A DNA stretch of 48,222 bases, filler included, from Catajapyx aquilonaris (taxonomy: Eukaryota), in assembly GCA_000934665.2 (NCBI GenBank). It is 2 parts of 2 records of this genome, joined end to end, with 100 filler letters (N's around TTAATTAATTAA, not from the genome) between each part and the next. Parts side by side here need not be neighbours in the genome. Positions count along the whole stretch, not along the records: positions 1 to 24,076 come from KZ539377.1; 1 more part is not named here. One strand, written 5' to 3'. The notes below the pieces were generated by a model. That model was not told the DNA's origin and searched no databases. It saw only the letters and a list, made by a program, of their open reading frames with translations. The position numbers and the translations under genes are program-made. Positions 1 through 9,978 of this stretch are shown here, one piece after another (the first letter of the stretch is position 1; each line of letters opens with the position of its first letter).

Positions 1-1193
1 GGTGCTGGGTACGCCCGGGCGAGAACGCGTAGCGCCGAAGGCGCGCCAATTGGGGCGCAGCCCCAAGGGGGGGTGTGGGGGGGCGGAGCCCCCCCCGCCT
101 CGCAAAGCGAGTATCTAATATATATAAAGCCCCACGCCGAGGAGGATATAGGATGGAAAAGATCTCCCACTTCCCGAGGTCGCACAGACCTCGGACTTAC
201 GCCGTTGTATTCCTTGCACCCGATTTCCTATTTTGCAAAATCCTCAAAACCGCGAATTTCCCAGCCGTTTTCGAGATCGCCAAATTAAATGTAGACGCAA
301 ACCCGAGATCGCGAAATTAATGTATACCGCCAACTCCCCCGGTTCCCCGAGCGGCTTGCCCGCAGATGGTCGTAAAGAAGGAGAACAATGGCCCACACCC
401 TCCCATACACCCCCTGGGATTTGCTTACTCTACTCAAACCTGGCGTGAGAATGATACGTCACAGACGGTCCCACCTGTCATCCCAAGCGCTGTTTTGAAC
501 GATATGTCAGAGAGGGCACGTTCGGAAACTCCTCATCGCTACCGGCGACGTCACTGATTTCTGTAACCGGATGGATTAGGCGGAACACGGGCATAGCGCC
601 GAAGGCGCGCCAATTGGGGCGCAGCCCCAAGGGGGGGTGTGGGGGGGCGGAGCCCCCCCGCCTCGCAAAGCGAGTAATTATATAAAGCCCCAATCCGAGG
701 AGGATATAGGAGGATGAAAAAGATTTCGCACTTCCCGAGGTCGTAGAGCTGTGGTCGAAATTCCGTTGGATTCCTTGCAGTCGATATACATTGTCCAAAA
801 ATCCTCAAAACCCCAAAATTCCCAGCCGTTTTCGAGATGGCCAAAAGTCGACTTTGTCACCCGTCACCCAGACCATCTGGTTGTCGTTAAGCCGGGAAAG
901 AACAATGGCCCATTCACCCTCATCTCCGGAGACCTCTCAGCTCACATATGGTTACACCCACTCCTCCTGGCCCCCACCCCACTTTTCCTTTTTTCACCAT
1001 CCGTCAGCTAAGGGCGCATTCTCATACCGTCATACCTTTGTGGACCGTGACGTCACGGGTTCTGTAAACGGATGGATTTCTGTAACCGGATGGATTAGGC
1101 GGAACATGGGCACCGCGCCGAAGGCGCGCACGTGGGGCGCAGCCCCACGGGGAGGTCCGGGGGGGCGGAGCCCCACCGGCTCGCAAAGCGAGT
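1..1193 (+). mobile_element. Head-to-tail array of a ~520-560 bp non-autonomous element, probably rolling-circle (Helitron/Helentron-like)
   Basis: The terminal block GCGCCGAAGGCGC..GGGGCGCAGCCCC..GGGGGCGGAGCCCC..CTCGCAAAGCGAGT recurs at ~31-113, ~595-676 and ~1115-1193. Units restart with TATAAAGCCCC..GAGGAGGATATAGG at 123 and 681. The superfamily is inferred from the terminal hairpins and tandem arrangement. Confidence 0.55.
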
Positions 1194-1259
1194 CAACTAT
1201 ATATTTACCTTTTAAGGTGACATGCACCTGCAATGGACATGGCTAACTGTATGATGCTT

Positions 1260-2040
1260 AAACCACATCTTTACTAACTTACAGTATCTTAGAACAATAA
1301 AATGTGCTGACAACACATGAATGTGTGGCATTTTACTAGGAAAGGTTAATCACTGTCAGTGGCATATTTACTAGCATATTTACCTCTTTGGGCATCAGTA
1401 AGGAATTTATCCAGCACCAAAGATGACATCTGAAAGGAAATGTAATTGTCGTTAAATTTTTGAATGATTAAGATTTTTATCGTGGGACACACACTTGTTT
1501 GACAAAAGTTTACAATTTCCCATAAGATTATGGTTTCAGAGATTAGACGAAAAAACCGCCTGCTCTTATAGCCAATTAAACTTTCATCTTGATTCGGGCG
1601 TATAGAGCTTGCTGTCAGAAGTACGAGTGTTCTGTCTTCTAATTATTTTAGTAGCTCTGGCAATGTAGCTATGGCACATGTGAAAAGTACAGACAATAAA
1701 TAATAGCAACTGGTTACTGTGTCAGAGTTACGGCAACCCTACCATAAAGGCCAAAGGCCCTGCGCCAAGTCAACCGTGAGAAATTGGCAAAACCGCAACA
1801 CCCGGAGTACCTCAATCACTCACTTCTAGGACACTTGCCTTGCTACTATGCCGTTGTATTGTTCAGGTATTGTTGCGAAGTTGAGGTCAGACGTCTTTCC
1901 AGTTGCACAAAAGCACATTCGCCTCGTGCACTAGTAACACTGCTGGCAGTGAGTATTTCAGCCGACTACGTTTATTACCTTCTAGCCGTCTAGTCTCAAG
2001 GAAGCACTTACTGATGAGGCGACAAAGAAAATGCCGAAAG
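1260..2040 (-). promoter_or_regulatory. Duplicated upstream module, copy A (putative promoter, non-coding first exon and intron start of a MATH-BTB paralogue lying left of the window)
   Basis: Collinear similarity to 3420-4665 and 12683-13900. Shared blocks include (G)ACATCTGAAA.., GGGACAC.., ACTTGCC, CCAGTTGCA..TCGCCTC..TAGTAACAC, and AAAATGCCGAAAG (copies A and C). Function is inferred from the position of copy C upstream of the 7421 gene. Confidence 0.5.
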
Positions 2041-3419
2041 CTTTATATTGGGTCAATGGCGGCGTATCCCACAATTTCGAAGCTCTCAGCCTGGGGCATT
2101 GACAATCTCTTGGGATTAAGAAAGGGCCTGGCTATACCGTTACACTCTTTCCCTAATTTTGGAGGGCCAACGGCTTAATGGAACCCCTTATTGCACTCAT
2201 GGATAAATTGCCAAGATGGGACAGCAGCTGCTAAAGAAAAGGTCCTCTCAACTGTCTTTGCTATCCCCCCCTTTTTTTTATTCACTAGAAAATGGTTCGC
2301 TATAATCTTAATAATAAGCTGGGTACGAATTGTTTGCTTCCATTTACTTGCATATCACCCCAATTTTCGCTAATGTATGAAGCCGAGACGGGTGCCGCGG
2401 GGCCCGTAGCACTTACTAATAGCGGGGCCTCCTTACATCATATTTGCATTTTGCAACTCCTTTGGGTAGACAGGAAATATGACGACTGAATTACGGTAAC
2501 CTTGGGTATATATGCGAATGGAGAAATGGCAATATTGAATATTTGCATTAAATTTATGTTACAGAACATCAGATACTGGTATTTTGAATGTTTGTCCATG
2601 ACTTGCTTAGTGAGCAGTTCATCTCTAATGTACACTGGAATTCCTCATAATTTGACACTAATTTTTGAGTAGTAATGGATAATAAGACTTGATTTACGTT
2701 GCCACTGTTGTGACAGCAGTAAATGAACCAAAATGCCACTATAAATTACAAGTCCATTAGAGTATTTTAAAATATGCATATAGCATATTGAGCCATACAT
2801 GTTACTTTCTACCGAAGAGAGGGTTTGCTGCAAGAAGATTGTTGCCGATAGAAAACCTCTGACTTCATAAAACCAGCGCCTCTGAATGCGTAAGAAATAC
2901 CGTAACTAATATTGTTCACTTGAAAAAATAATCATCGTTGACCAGTGTAAATGTAACTGCAGACCTTGCTCTGGTGTTCAGTTGTAGCCTGCCTGGTGCC
3001 TCCACAAGAAGTGCATGCTCTCTGCACTGTCCACTGTGCAAGTGTGCAGTACGGGGTTCAAAGCTTGACGGAGTTCCTGGGTTTTTCCTAACCACCCAAA
3101 TGCTCCTGTCCCAACCCCACCACCTCCGACATGTGACCATTTCTTCCGATCCTAATCCGCAAAAGGGTTCTAGAGAAAAAGATTAAAATGCGATGGTGCC
3201 GTAAGTCTCCTGTAAGATAAATAATTTACAAGAATTAACTACTAAGACACAGCACTCGTCGTGTATCGGCGTCTGTACTATACAGGCAACACTGGTTTCT
3301 GGCCTGACCCAGCATACGACCCATACGACTACACGTAATAACAAATGCGTGTACTATTAACATGTTAACTTGAATCGTAGCATATTGTATCATAGAGTAT
3401 TGGTTAAGTTGAGACAAAA

Positions 3420-4665
3420 TTATGACATCTGAAAAGAAAATGTAATTGTGGAAAAATTGTTCTATGATTTTTATCATGGGACACACACCTGTTTTTACAA
3501 AAGTTTACAATAGTTTATAAATCCTCCATATGATGATTAGACACGGATAAAGCAGGACACTACTCTTAGTATAGGACTCAGCCTGCTCCAATAGAATTTT
3601 CATCTTGATTCGGGTCTATATTAATAATAACCAGAGCTCCTTTTAGAAATGTTCGAGTGTTTATACATAAATACTCGAACATTTCTTTGTTTCTGTGTTA
3701 AGTAGAGCTAAGGGGTGGGCGGGTGGGGATTGGCAAATGAGAACCCTCGTTCCCTGCTTATACTTCCCTCTGCCTCGCCCAAATTAAAAAAAAAAAAAAA
3801 TCCTTATCCGTTTTTGAGGAAAACCTGTCGAACGACCTTCATACACAATGGTCAAGGAATCCGATACAGAAAGAAACTTTGTTGTCCAAGCCCCCCTGCA
3901 TTCCGTCCAAAGGGTCGACCTTTTTTTTTCAAGTGGTCAATTTATGGTCGGCTTCAAAGGTCGAGACTCGAGAGCACCTCTTTTTTTTGCACATTTTTGG
4001 TGCTTGTTACACCAACTTTAAATTTCACAACGGTGTAACCTACATCCGTTTCAACTGATTTTTAAATAATAAAATAATATGTACATTAATATGGAAAAAG
4101 TAGATTAAACATATGTAACAGTGTAAGAGAGGTCAGTTACACTTGCACTGAAAATTTATGGTATAAGTTAGTTAGCGAGAATTTTATTTCACGAGAATTC
4201 TCCCAGTTCTTTTTAAACACACTGTTATTAGTTAACTGAGAGTAGAACATTACACGTAAGAATATCTAAGATACGTATCTAAGAAAACCCAAATGTGTAA
4301 CCTGAAATGTCTCACACTACATACATGTTATTATTACAGTTCATTAAAAAATATGCATAATAGTGTTCAGAGTTACCCCGTGAGACAAGATTCGAGCGAT
4401 ATTTCCCGCATGACTAAAGCGATCTGTACGCTTGGAATGAATTCACGTAGTACTGTAATGTTAATTTATTGCACAAGTGAAAAACACTAAGTGAAATATG
4501 GCAACGGTTTATCGTGTCAAAGTGTCAAAACTACGATAACAGGTGTACCCCATAAAAACTTGCCTTGCTCAGATGTTGTACAGTAGTATTACGGAACTGC
4601 AGACACGTCTTCCCAGTTGCACCCTCGCCTCATGCACTAGTATAACACTGACTGACAGTGAGCCA
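3420..4665 (-). promoter_or_regulatory. Duplicated upstream module, copy B (no CDS directly downstream)
   Basis: ATGACATCTGAAAAGAAAATGTAATTGT (3422) and TTTCATCTTGATTCGGG (3598) match copy A. CCGTGAGACAA (4378) and CCCAGTTGCACCCTCGCCTC (4612) match copy C. There is an Inr-like TCAGT on the minus strand at 4647-4655. Confidence 0.5.
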
Positions 4666-4977
4666 GTGAGGGCAAGGGAGCCCAACAATGCAACAAAGAG
4701 TGCTGGTTTGGCTGGTTGATGTTGTTGAGGAATCTCATAACTCATAAGCAATGTTGCCGTATAGCATGGGCATAGATTCCCTATTTATTTTTGCATTCTT
4801 GCGCCCACCTGTATTACACTTGATTGCACAACATAATTATACCGAATAGATGCCACATATCAGACCTGACCAAAGGTAAATAAAAAGGAGCGCATCTGCT
4901 AGGCACAAGCTGCAAACAAAAGAGACTGAAATCATCAGCCCATTTGGAGCAACCATTCACGTCAGCAAAGGTACCTG

Positions 4978-5476
4978 CAGTGACATATTACCAATTAGGC
5001 CAAGTAGGCACGTGCCTAGGGCGGCAAATTTTAGGGAGCGGCAAAATTTGCCGCCCTAGAGTCAAGATAATTTTATCGAGGAGAAAATTTTGACGCGTGC
5101 AAAAATATGCACTTTATGCAAGACTTTATGGCGTCACCGTTCATGTGCCGTGCACCCTTCCCCCCTAGGACAGTGGGGATCTGTGCAGGATCTACAGGCG
5201 ACTTTCACCCTTACTTGCCTGGGCATCGGCCGATTCACCTTGGAGCGGCATAGAAAATGTATAGCCCCCAAGATGAAATTCACTGGATTTTGCTAAGTAC
5301 TTGAATCAACTTGATTTCTAAATAATTTGAAACAACAATTTTCGAGATATTTGGCCTTGAAAACCGCAAATTGCGGAATTTCCCCAAATCTCGGACCTAA
5401 AAAACAGACANNNNNNNNNNNNNNNNNNNNNNNNNNNNNNNNNNCTAGGGGCGGCAAAAGGCTAAATACGTCACTG
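4978..5476. mobile_element. Non-autonomous hAT-type DNA transposon
   Basis: TIRs CAGTGACATATT / AATACGTCACTG. Perfect 8-bp TSD GGTACCTG at 4970-4977 and 5477-5484. Contains an N gap. Confidence 0.85.
5411..5444. other. Assembly gap (34 N)
   Basis: Run of N. Confidence 1.
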
Positions 5477-5494
5477 GGTACCTGCAGTTCAGAA

Positions 5495-5656
5495 GTCGAC
5501 CCAAGGGGGTAATCACTTCGGTACTCCGGTGTACACCTGGGAGTGGTACTCCCTGGTACTCCTCAGGCACCTCACTCTTTATTACTCCGTGGTACTCCTT
5601 GAATTTGGTACTCCAATGTACACTTTTCAGTCAAGTTATTACCCCCTTGAGTCGAC
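5495..5656. mobile_element. Small MITE-like element
   Basis: Inverted ends GTCGACCCAAGGGGGTAATCACTT / AAGTTATTACCCCCTTGAGTCGAC, with internal GGTACTCC repeats. Confidence 0.6.
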
Positions 5657-5701
5657 CTTTATCGCCACAAGCAACAAAAACAAATGCACCATAAAACTCA
5701 T

Positions 5702-5815
5702 GGGGTTGAATTTTCGTCATACTACTAGTTACTGCTAACTTAGCAGTACCATTGCACTACAACCGGTACTGCTAAGTTCGAAGTAACTATAGTAGTAAGA
5801 CGAAAATTCCACCCC
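5702..5815. mobile_element. Palindromic MITE (PIF/Harbinger-like ends)
   Basis: GGGGTTGAATTTTCGTC...GACGAAAATTCCACCCC; almost the whole length is self-complementary. Confidence 0.65.
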
Positions 5816-6287
5816 TACATTCGAAATATTAGCAACTTACCCATCTTGTCAGTTGTTTGCTGTTGTAGCTGTATTTGTAAGTAGTTGTTTATGACTGACA
5901 AAGTAATAGTACCTAAGTCTCACAGTTCAATAGCCTAACTTTATTCTACGCCTTGGGTGTACAGTATTTGGGGTTGAAAATTCATTTGATATAGACATGC
6001 GGTACTCTTAGTGTGTGATGGAAACGGACATTCACTCTGCTGGCTTCATCTCATATGTCAAGCACTGTCCAAATTTAAAATTAACACAAAAATGAAAATT
6101 CCAAACGGCTATTTACTATTTAAAAATTTATCTGGATGATAGTGAACATTTGTAAATAAATTTCATCAGAAATTCTGGCCCGCACAATTACAGAACACCA
6201 TTATAATAGGCTACTAAACTAAAAATAGGTAACATACCGGCTATAACATTGGCAGTAAGCATATCCTATTAGTTAACTCTATCAGTA

Positions 6288-6594
6288 ATAATAATAATAA
6301 TAATTTGATACCCCATTATCAGCCTACGGGCTTTCCTAGGGGGGGATTTCTCCCAATTTTTTGTCTGGAACTCTTCCATTTTTTACTATTTTTCTCATCA
6401 CCGGTATGAAGCAGGGAAAGGGAAGGAAGGAGGCGGCTGTGGCCTATATTACGGTAACGACCCCGGAATTATCTTGCAAGGACCATGGGAAACCACAGAA
6501 AACCATGGTCAGGGTCGCCGGCCTCCGGGATTCGAACCCAGGACCTCCCGATTAGCAGTCGGACACCATACCACTACACCACTACTGCTTCGGT
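6288..6594 (-). mobile_element. tRNA-derived SINE
   Basis: Minus-strand head ACCGAAGCAGTAG with A box TGGTGTAGTGG and B box GGTTCGAATCC. (ATT)n tail. 15-bp TSD TTAACTCTATCAGTA at 6273-6287 and 6595-6609. Confidence 0.92.
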
Positions 6595-7420
6595 TTAACT
6601 CTATCAGTACACATTATGTAGTGGATCATGGAGTAAAGATGTCCATAACCTCCATACAGAAAATAAGGATGACATTATTTTGTCCACAACAGTTGCTTTC
6701 CTATTGAAAGTCTTCAAAATCAAATGGGTATTGTTTATAACAAGGTAAAGGAAGAAAATTCAGCACAACGACAAAATTACAAAGGTTACTCAGACCTCAA
6801 TGGTATACATATGTGTCTGCTGGCATAACTGTTGGGTAGCCTATAGAGAGAGGGAATTAGAGGAAGGATTATTGTAACATTTTGTTGCATGTTACATTAT
6901 TTTTTCCAATTCTCTACCTAACTTATTTTGTCCTAATGGAAATTGCAAGTTTTTCATCAACCTGTATTCCGAAGCACATCTTATAATAATGTTTAAAAAC
7001 ATTACAGCATCGACGATTATTATATTTAAAAGGAAAGAAAAAACCAACAAAGAAATTATACTACCGTATATGGCTAGCACTAGCATTAACCTTCTGGTTC
7101 TAAGAAAATATTTTGAATTTTGGCAACTTTCCTGCTGGTAGAGAAAAACTACATCAGCCATTAATCTATCTTTCATCTTTCTACTCAGTCTGGAAGAGGG
7201 ATTGATAGCCCTAACATGCATATAAAGCTTATGTTTTATAATAGAAAATAAAAATAAGGCGTCAGTTAAAAATAATGTGACAACCACGCCTAACCTAAGA
7301 AACAATGATTGACTGCGCAATTGGTACAGTTCCTATTATTAACTCAGATGTCGAAAAATTATAACAAATACACAGTGATGTTCACCTCGTAGTTGGCAGG
7401 CCTAATATATCCAAACAAGA

Positions 7421-8383
7421 CTAATTCATTGAGAATTCAGAAACTGACTTCAAGATGTCAGTATCTTCACATATTTTCCAAGACTGACACTCTATCACCT
7501 CCTTTGAGTTGGACTTGATGAACTCCAAGCAAGCGCTCTTTAGTTCTGGCAAGACAAGCCTGTCGGCGTGACTCAAAATTTGAATGACATTTTCAACATT
7601 CACATGTTTCTTGACATTATGCTCCATGATAAACTGAAGTCGTGAGATCAGATACTCATGAGAAGCAATCAACAGATCAACGGCCACATTCGTCACATCT
7701 GTAGGAGATACATCATCAGTATACATGAAACTAATGAGGGCTTTTACGACATCTGCTTTGAAGTCCTTGATGACAACCCTGCCAGTCTTCTTCTGCTCAG
7801 TGTCGTGGTCGAACATGGCTGCAAACACAGGGCTTCGGGCACACAGAATGAACTTGTGCACTGTATGTTCTGTTCCGTCACTTGCCACCAGAGTTACATC
7901 CCTGCCTACATGGGACGTCAGCATCCTCTTCGTATCATGAAACAATCCCGAACAGGCAAAACCTTCATGTAACTTCAGCAATTGCACTACATACCCTTTG
8001 CAAACCAAGGTCATGATACCATTTGGAAGAAGATCAGAAGCTCTTTCTCTCAAGACTTTAATTTCGATGAGTCGAGGAAACACCCAAGACAGATTCTGCT
8101 TGGAATATATTGTGTGTATCTGGTCAGACACAGCACACTGAGTGTAGTCGGTTCTGTCGTTGGCACTCTTAATCGTGATTGACAATGTGGTAGGCAATTG
8201 CAAATCAACATTTGTATCAACACTGCACTCAAGCCAAAGAGAGATGTAACTTCGATTAGATCCTATGTCGTGATTGGGAGAAAGTTGCAGCTTCCATTTC
8301 GTTGACATGAATTTCTTTGGATACGGTGCTGTAATCATTGTGTTCATTTCATGGAGCTTGTAGCCTTCAATGGTCCAACACAT
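7421..8383 (-). CDS. SPOP/roadkill-like MATH-BTB protein (paralogue 1); start codon uncertain
   Basis: MATH motifs (WTIEGY, KWKLQLSP, YISLWL, SWVFPRLI, LLPNGIMTLVC), BTB motifs (DVTLVASDG..VHKFILCARSPVFAAMF, ALISFMYTD) and a BACK-like tail (VENVIQILSHADRLVLPELKSACLEFI). A splice acceptor TTGTTGCTCTTCACAG at 8455-8470 opens the exon at 8454. The first in-frame ATG is at 8383 (320 aa). The ORF-track start at 8497 is a GTG within the predicted intron. Confidence 0.9.
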   Translation of the reverse strand: MCWTIEGYKLHEMNTMITAPYPKKFMSTKWKLQLSPNHDIGSNRSYISLWLECSVDTNVDLQLPTTLSITIKSANDRTDYTQCAVSDQIHTIYSKQNLSWVFPRLIEIKVLRERASDLLPNGIMTLVCKGYVVQLLKLHEGFACSGLFHDTKRMLTSHVGRDVTLVASDGTEHTVHKFILCARSPVFAAMFDHDTEQKKTGRVVIKDFKADVVKALISFMYTDDVSPTDVTNVAVDLLIASHEYLISRLQFIMEHNVKKHVNVENVIQILSHADRLVLPELKSACLEFIKSNSKEVIECQSWKICEDTDILKSVSEFSMN

Positions 8384-9184
8384 ATTAAATGGATGAACTT
8401 GTGCGTTCTTCGCATCACTATGCTGAGAGGTGTTAATTAGTTTGTGCCAATCAACTGTGAAGAGCAACAACAAAAATATTGATTTCAAAACCAGCACAGG
8501 AATAGTATTGCTCTCATATCAACCAAAAAAACATGAAGAGCAGAAATACCAAGTATAATATGAATCGCACATGCAACTCAATAATTGTTGCATATTAATT
8601 GCAAAATATTTCGGAGAAACCTTTTAAAATTATTGCATTGGATGACAGTAGTTGTTAGGCGTCATGCATTATCATTTTGCACGTCAATGTGTCATTGTCT
8701 TGTACGTCGTATAGGAAAAACGCCTCAATATTATTGGTGTAAATACCTCGGAGGTCGGAAAATTCCTGGTGAAATATTAAGGAAAGAACTTGAAAATAAA
8801 TATTGCAAAACAAACATTAATGATCTTTCACAAAAGGTACAGAACAGCGCAAAGTAACCCGGCAATTATTGTTATTGAGGGAAGACAATTATTAACAAGA
8901 TCTCTAATTACACTATGCAACACGATATTTGTCCATGGAAATTCAGAGCTATTTCCATGTTCCTTATAGGTCACAGTAACTCATAATGACAATTTATTTT
9001 GTCTGAAATTTGTTTTTGACCTTGGAGCAGTCAAAAACCCAAAATCCTCGAAACATGATGTCATTCCGAAAGGGCTAAAATATTGGTAGATGAAATTGGT
9101 AGCACTTTTTTAAAAATAAAATAAAATCATGAATTAGTAATTCCACCGACCCCCCCCCCCCCCNCCCCCTGGATCCGCCACTGT

Positions 9185-9490
9185 GATACCTGTCCACAGA
9201 CGGACGGACGGACGGACAGCCGTGCAATAAGACATTTTTCGATGGATGAGAGAAGGTCTGAAATATGGGTTTGCTACGACAGATTTTTTTTTAAAGGGGA
9301 AAGGTCCCGTTTGGGGATAGGAGGAGGGAGGGTGGAAGGGGTAATTCCACTTTGGGCCGAAAATGAGTTATGGGTTGTTTCAGTTTCAGTCCCAGTCCCG
9401 TGACGGACGTTGGGGACAATGGTAATAAACATGAAAAAATCTGCTCTAATCACGCTCATGTGATTTGCCAATCTTGTTTTTACAACGATC
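9185..9490 (-). mobile_element. Helentron/DINE-1-like non-autonomous element fragment
   Basis: (GACG)n microsatellite beside a subterminal repeat. Reverse-complement homologue of 32410-32740 (TTGTCCCCAACGTCCGTCA, CATAACTCATTTTCGGCC). Confidence 0.6.
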
Positions 9491-9978
9491 TTATAGTTTG
9501 TGAAAATCATTTTAGGGACATCTAGGAGAGAAAATGGCTGAAGCTTGATAATTATGCAGCGTAAATAAATGGCGTAGGTGTGTATATAGCTAATGATTTT
9601 TTCACCAAAATCCCAGATGATATAGCTATAGTGTACATGTTTCTGGCCCTTTCGGCCCACTTGATTCGGAAAGACCCCAATATTTCCAGAGTTTTTTTTA
9701 GTGTGTGTGACCTAAGGAACACAAAAATAGCGATGAAATCCCATGTAAAAAGAAGTTGATTTTTGTTGCATAGTGTTATTATCTGGTGCCACTGGAACAA
9801 TAAGATGGGCCTAAGGAGGATTCCCTGCTATAAAGGCTCTTGGGTGACAATATCATGCAACTTTAATTATTAATGGACAGGGAAACTGTGTGATGACTGG
9901 TTCCATTTCAATCCAGGCAGAGGGTGCCCAGTCATTGTCTTCGATTTTTTTAAAAAAATATATATGTGTGAATCCCAC

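Noticed and set aside
73..1246. Cluster of overlapping ORFs
   Set aside because: They derive from GC-rich tandem repeat, and the frames are not conserved between units.
2645..2833. Possible degenerate BACK-domain remnant (MHILKYSNGL) below orphan module B
   Set aside because: Similarity is limited to a few residues, and I could not align it at the DNA level to the paralogues.
6510..6594. tRNA gene (also 12010-12082, 15185-15260 and 41440-41520)
   Set aside because: Each has a poor acceptor stem and continues into a body and tail with a TSD, so these are SINE heads.
6892..7320. 142-aa hydrophobic ORF directly downstream of paralogue 1
   Set aside because: It starts at TTG in AT-rich 3' flank. 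The homologous regions behind paralogues 2 and 3 have indels and no matching ORF.
7658..8182. Plus-strand ORFs repeated at 17372-17998
   Set aside because: These are antisense shadows of the MATH-BTB CDSs.
8455..8497. Signal-peptide-like N-terminus MLVLKSIFLLLLF of the 358-aa ORF
   Set aside because: It has a GTG start and is the translated polypyrimidine tract of the splice acceptor.
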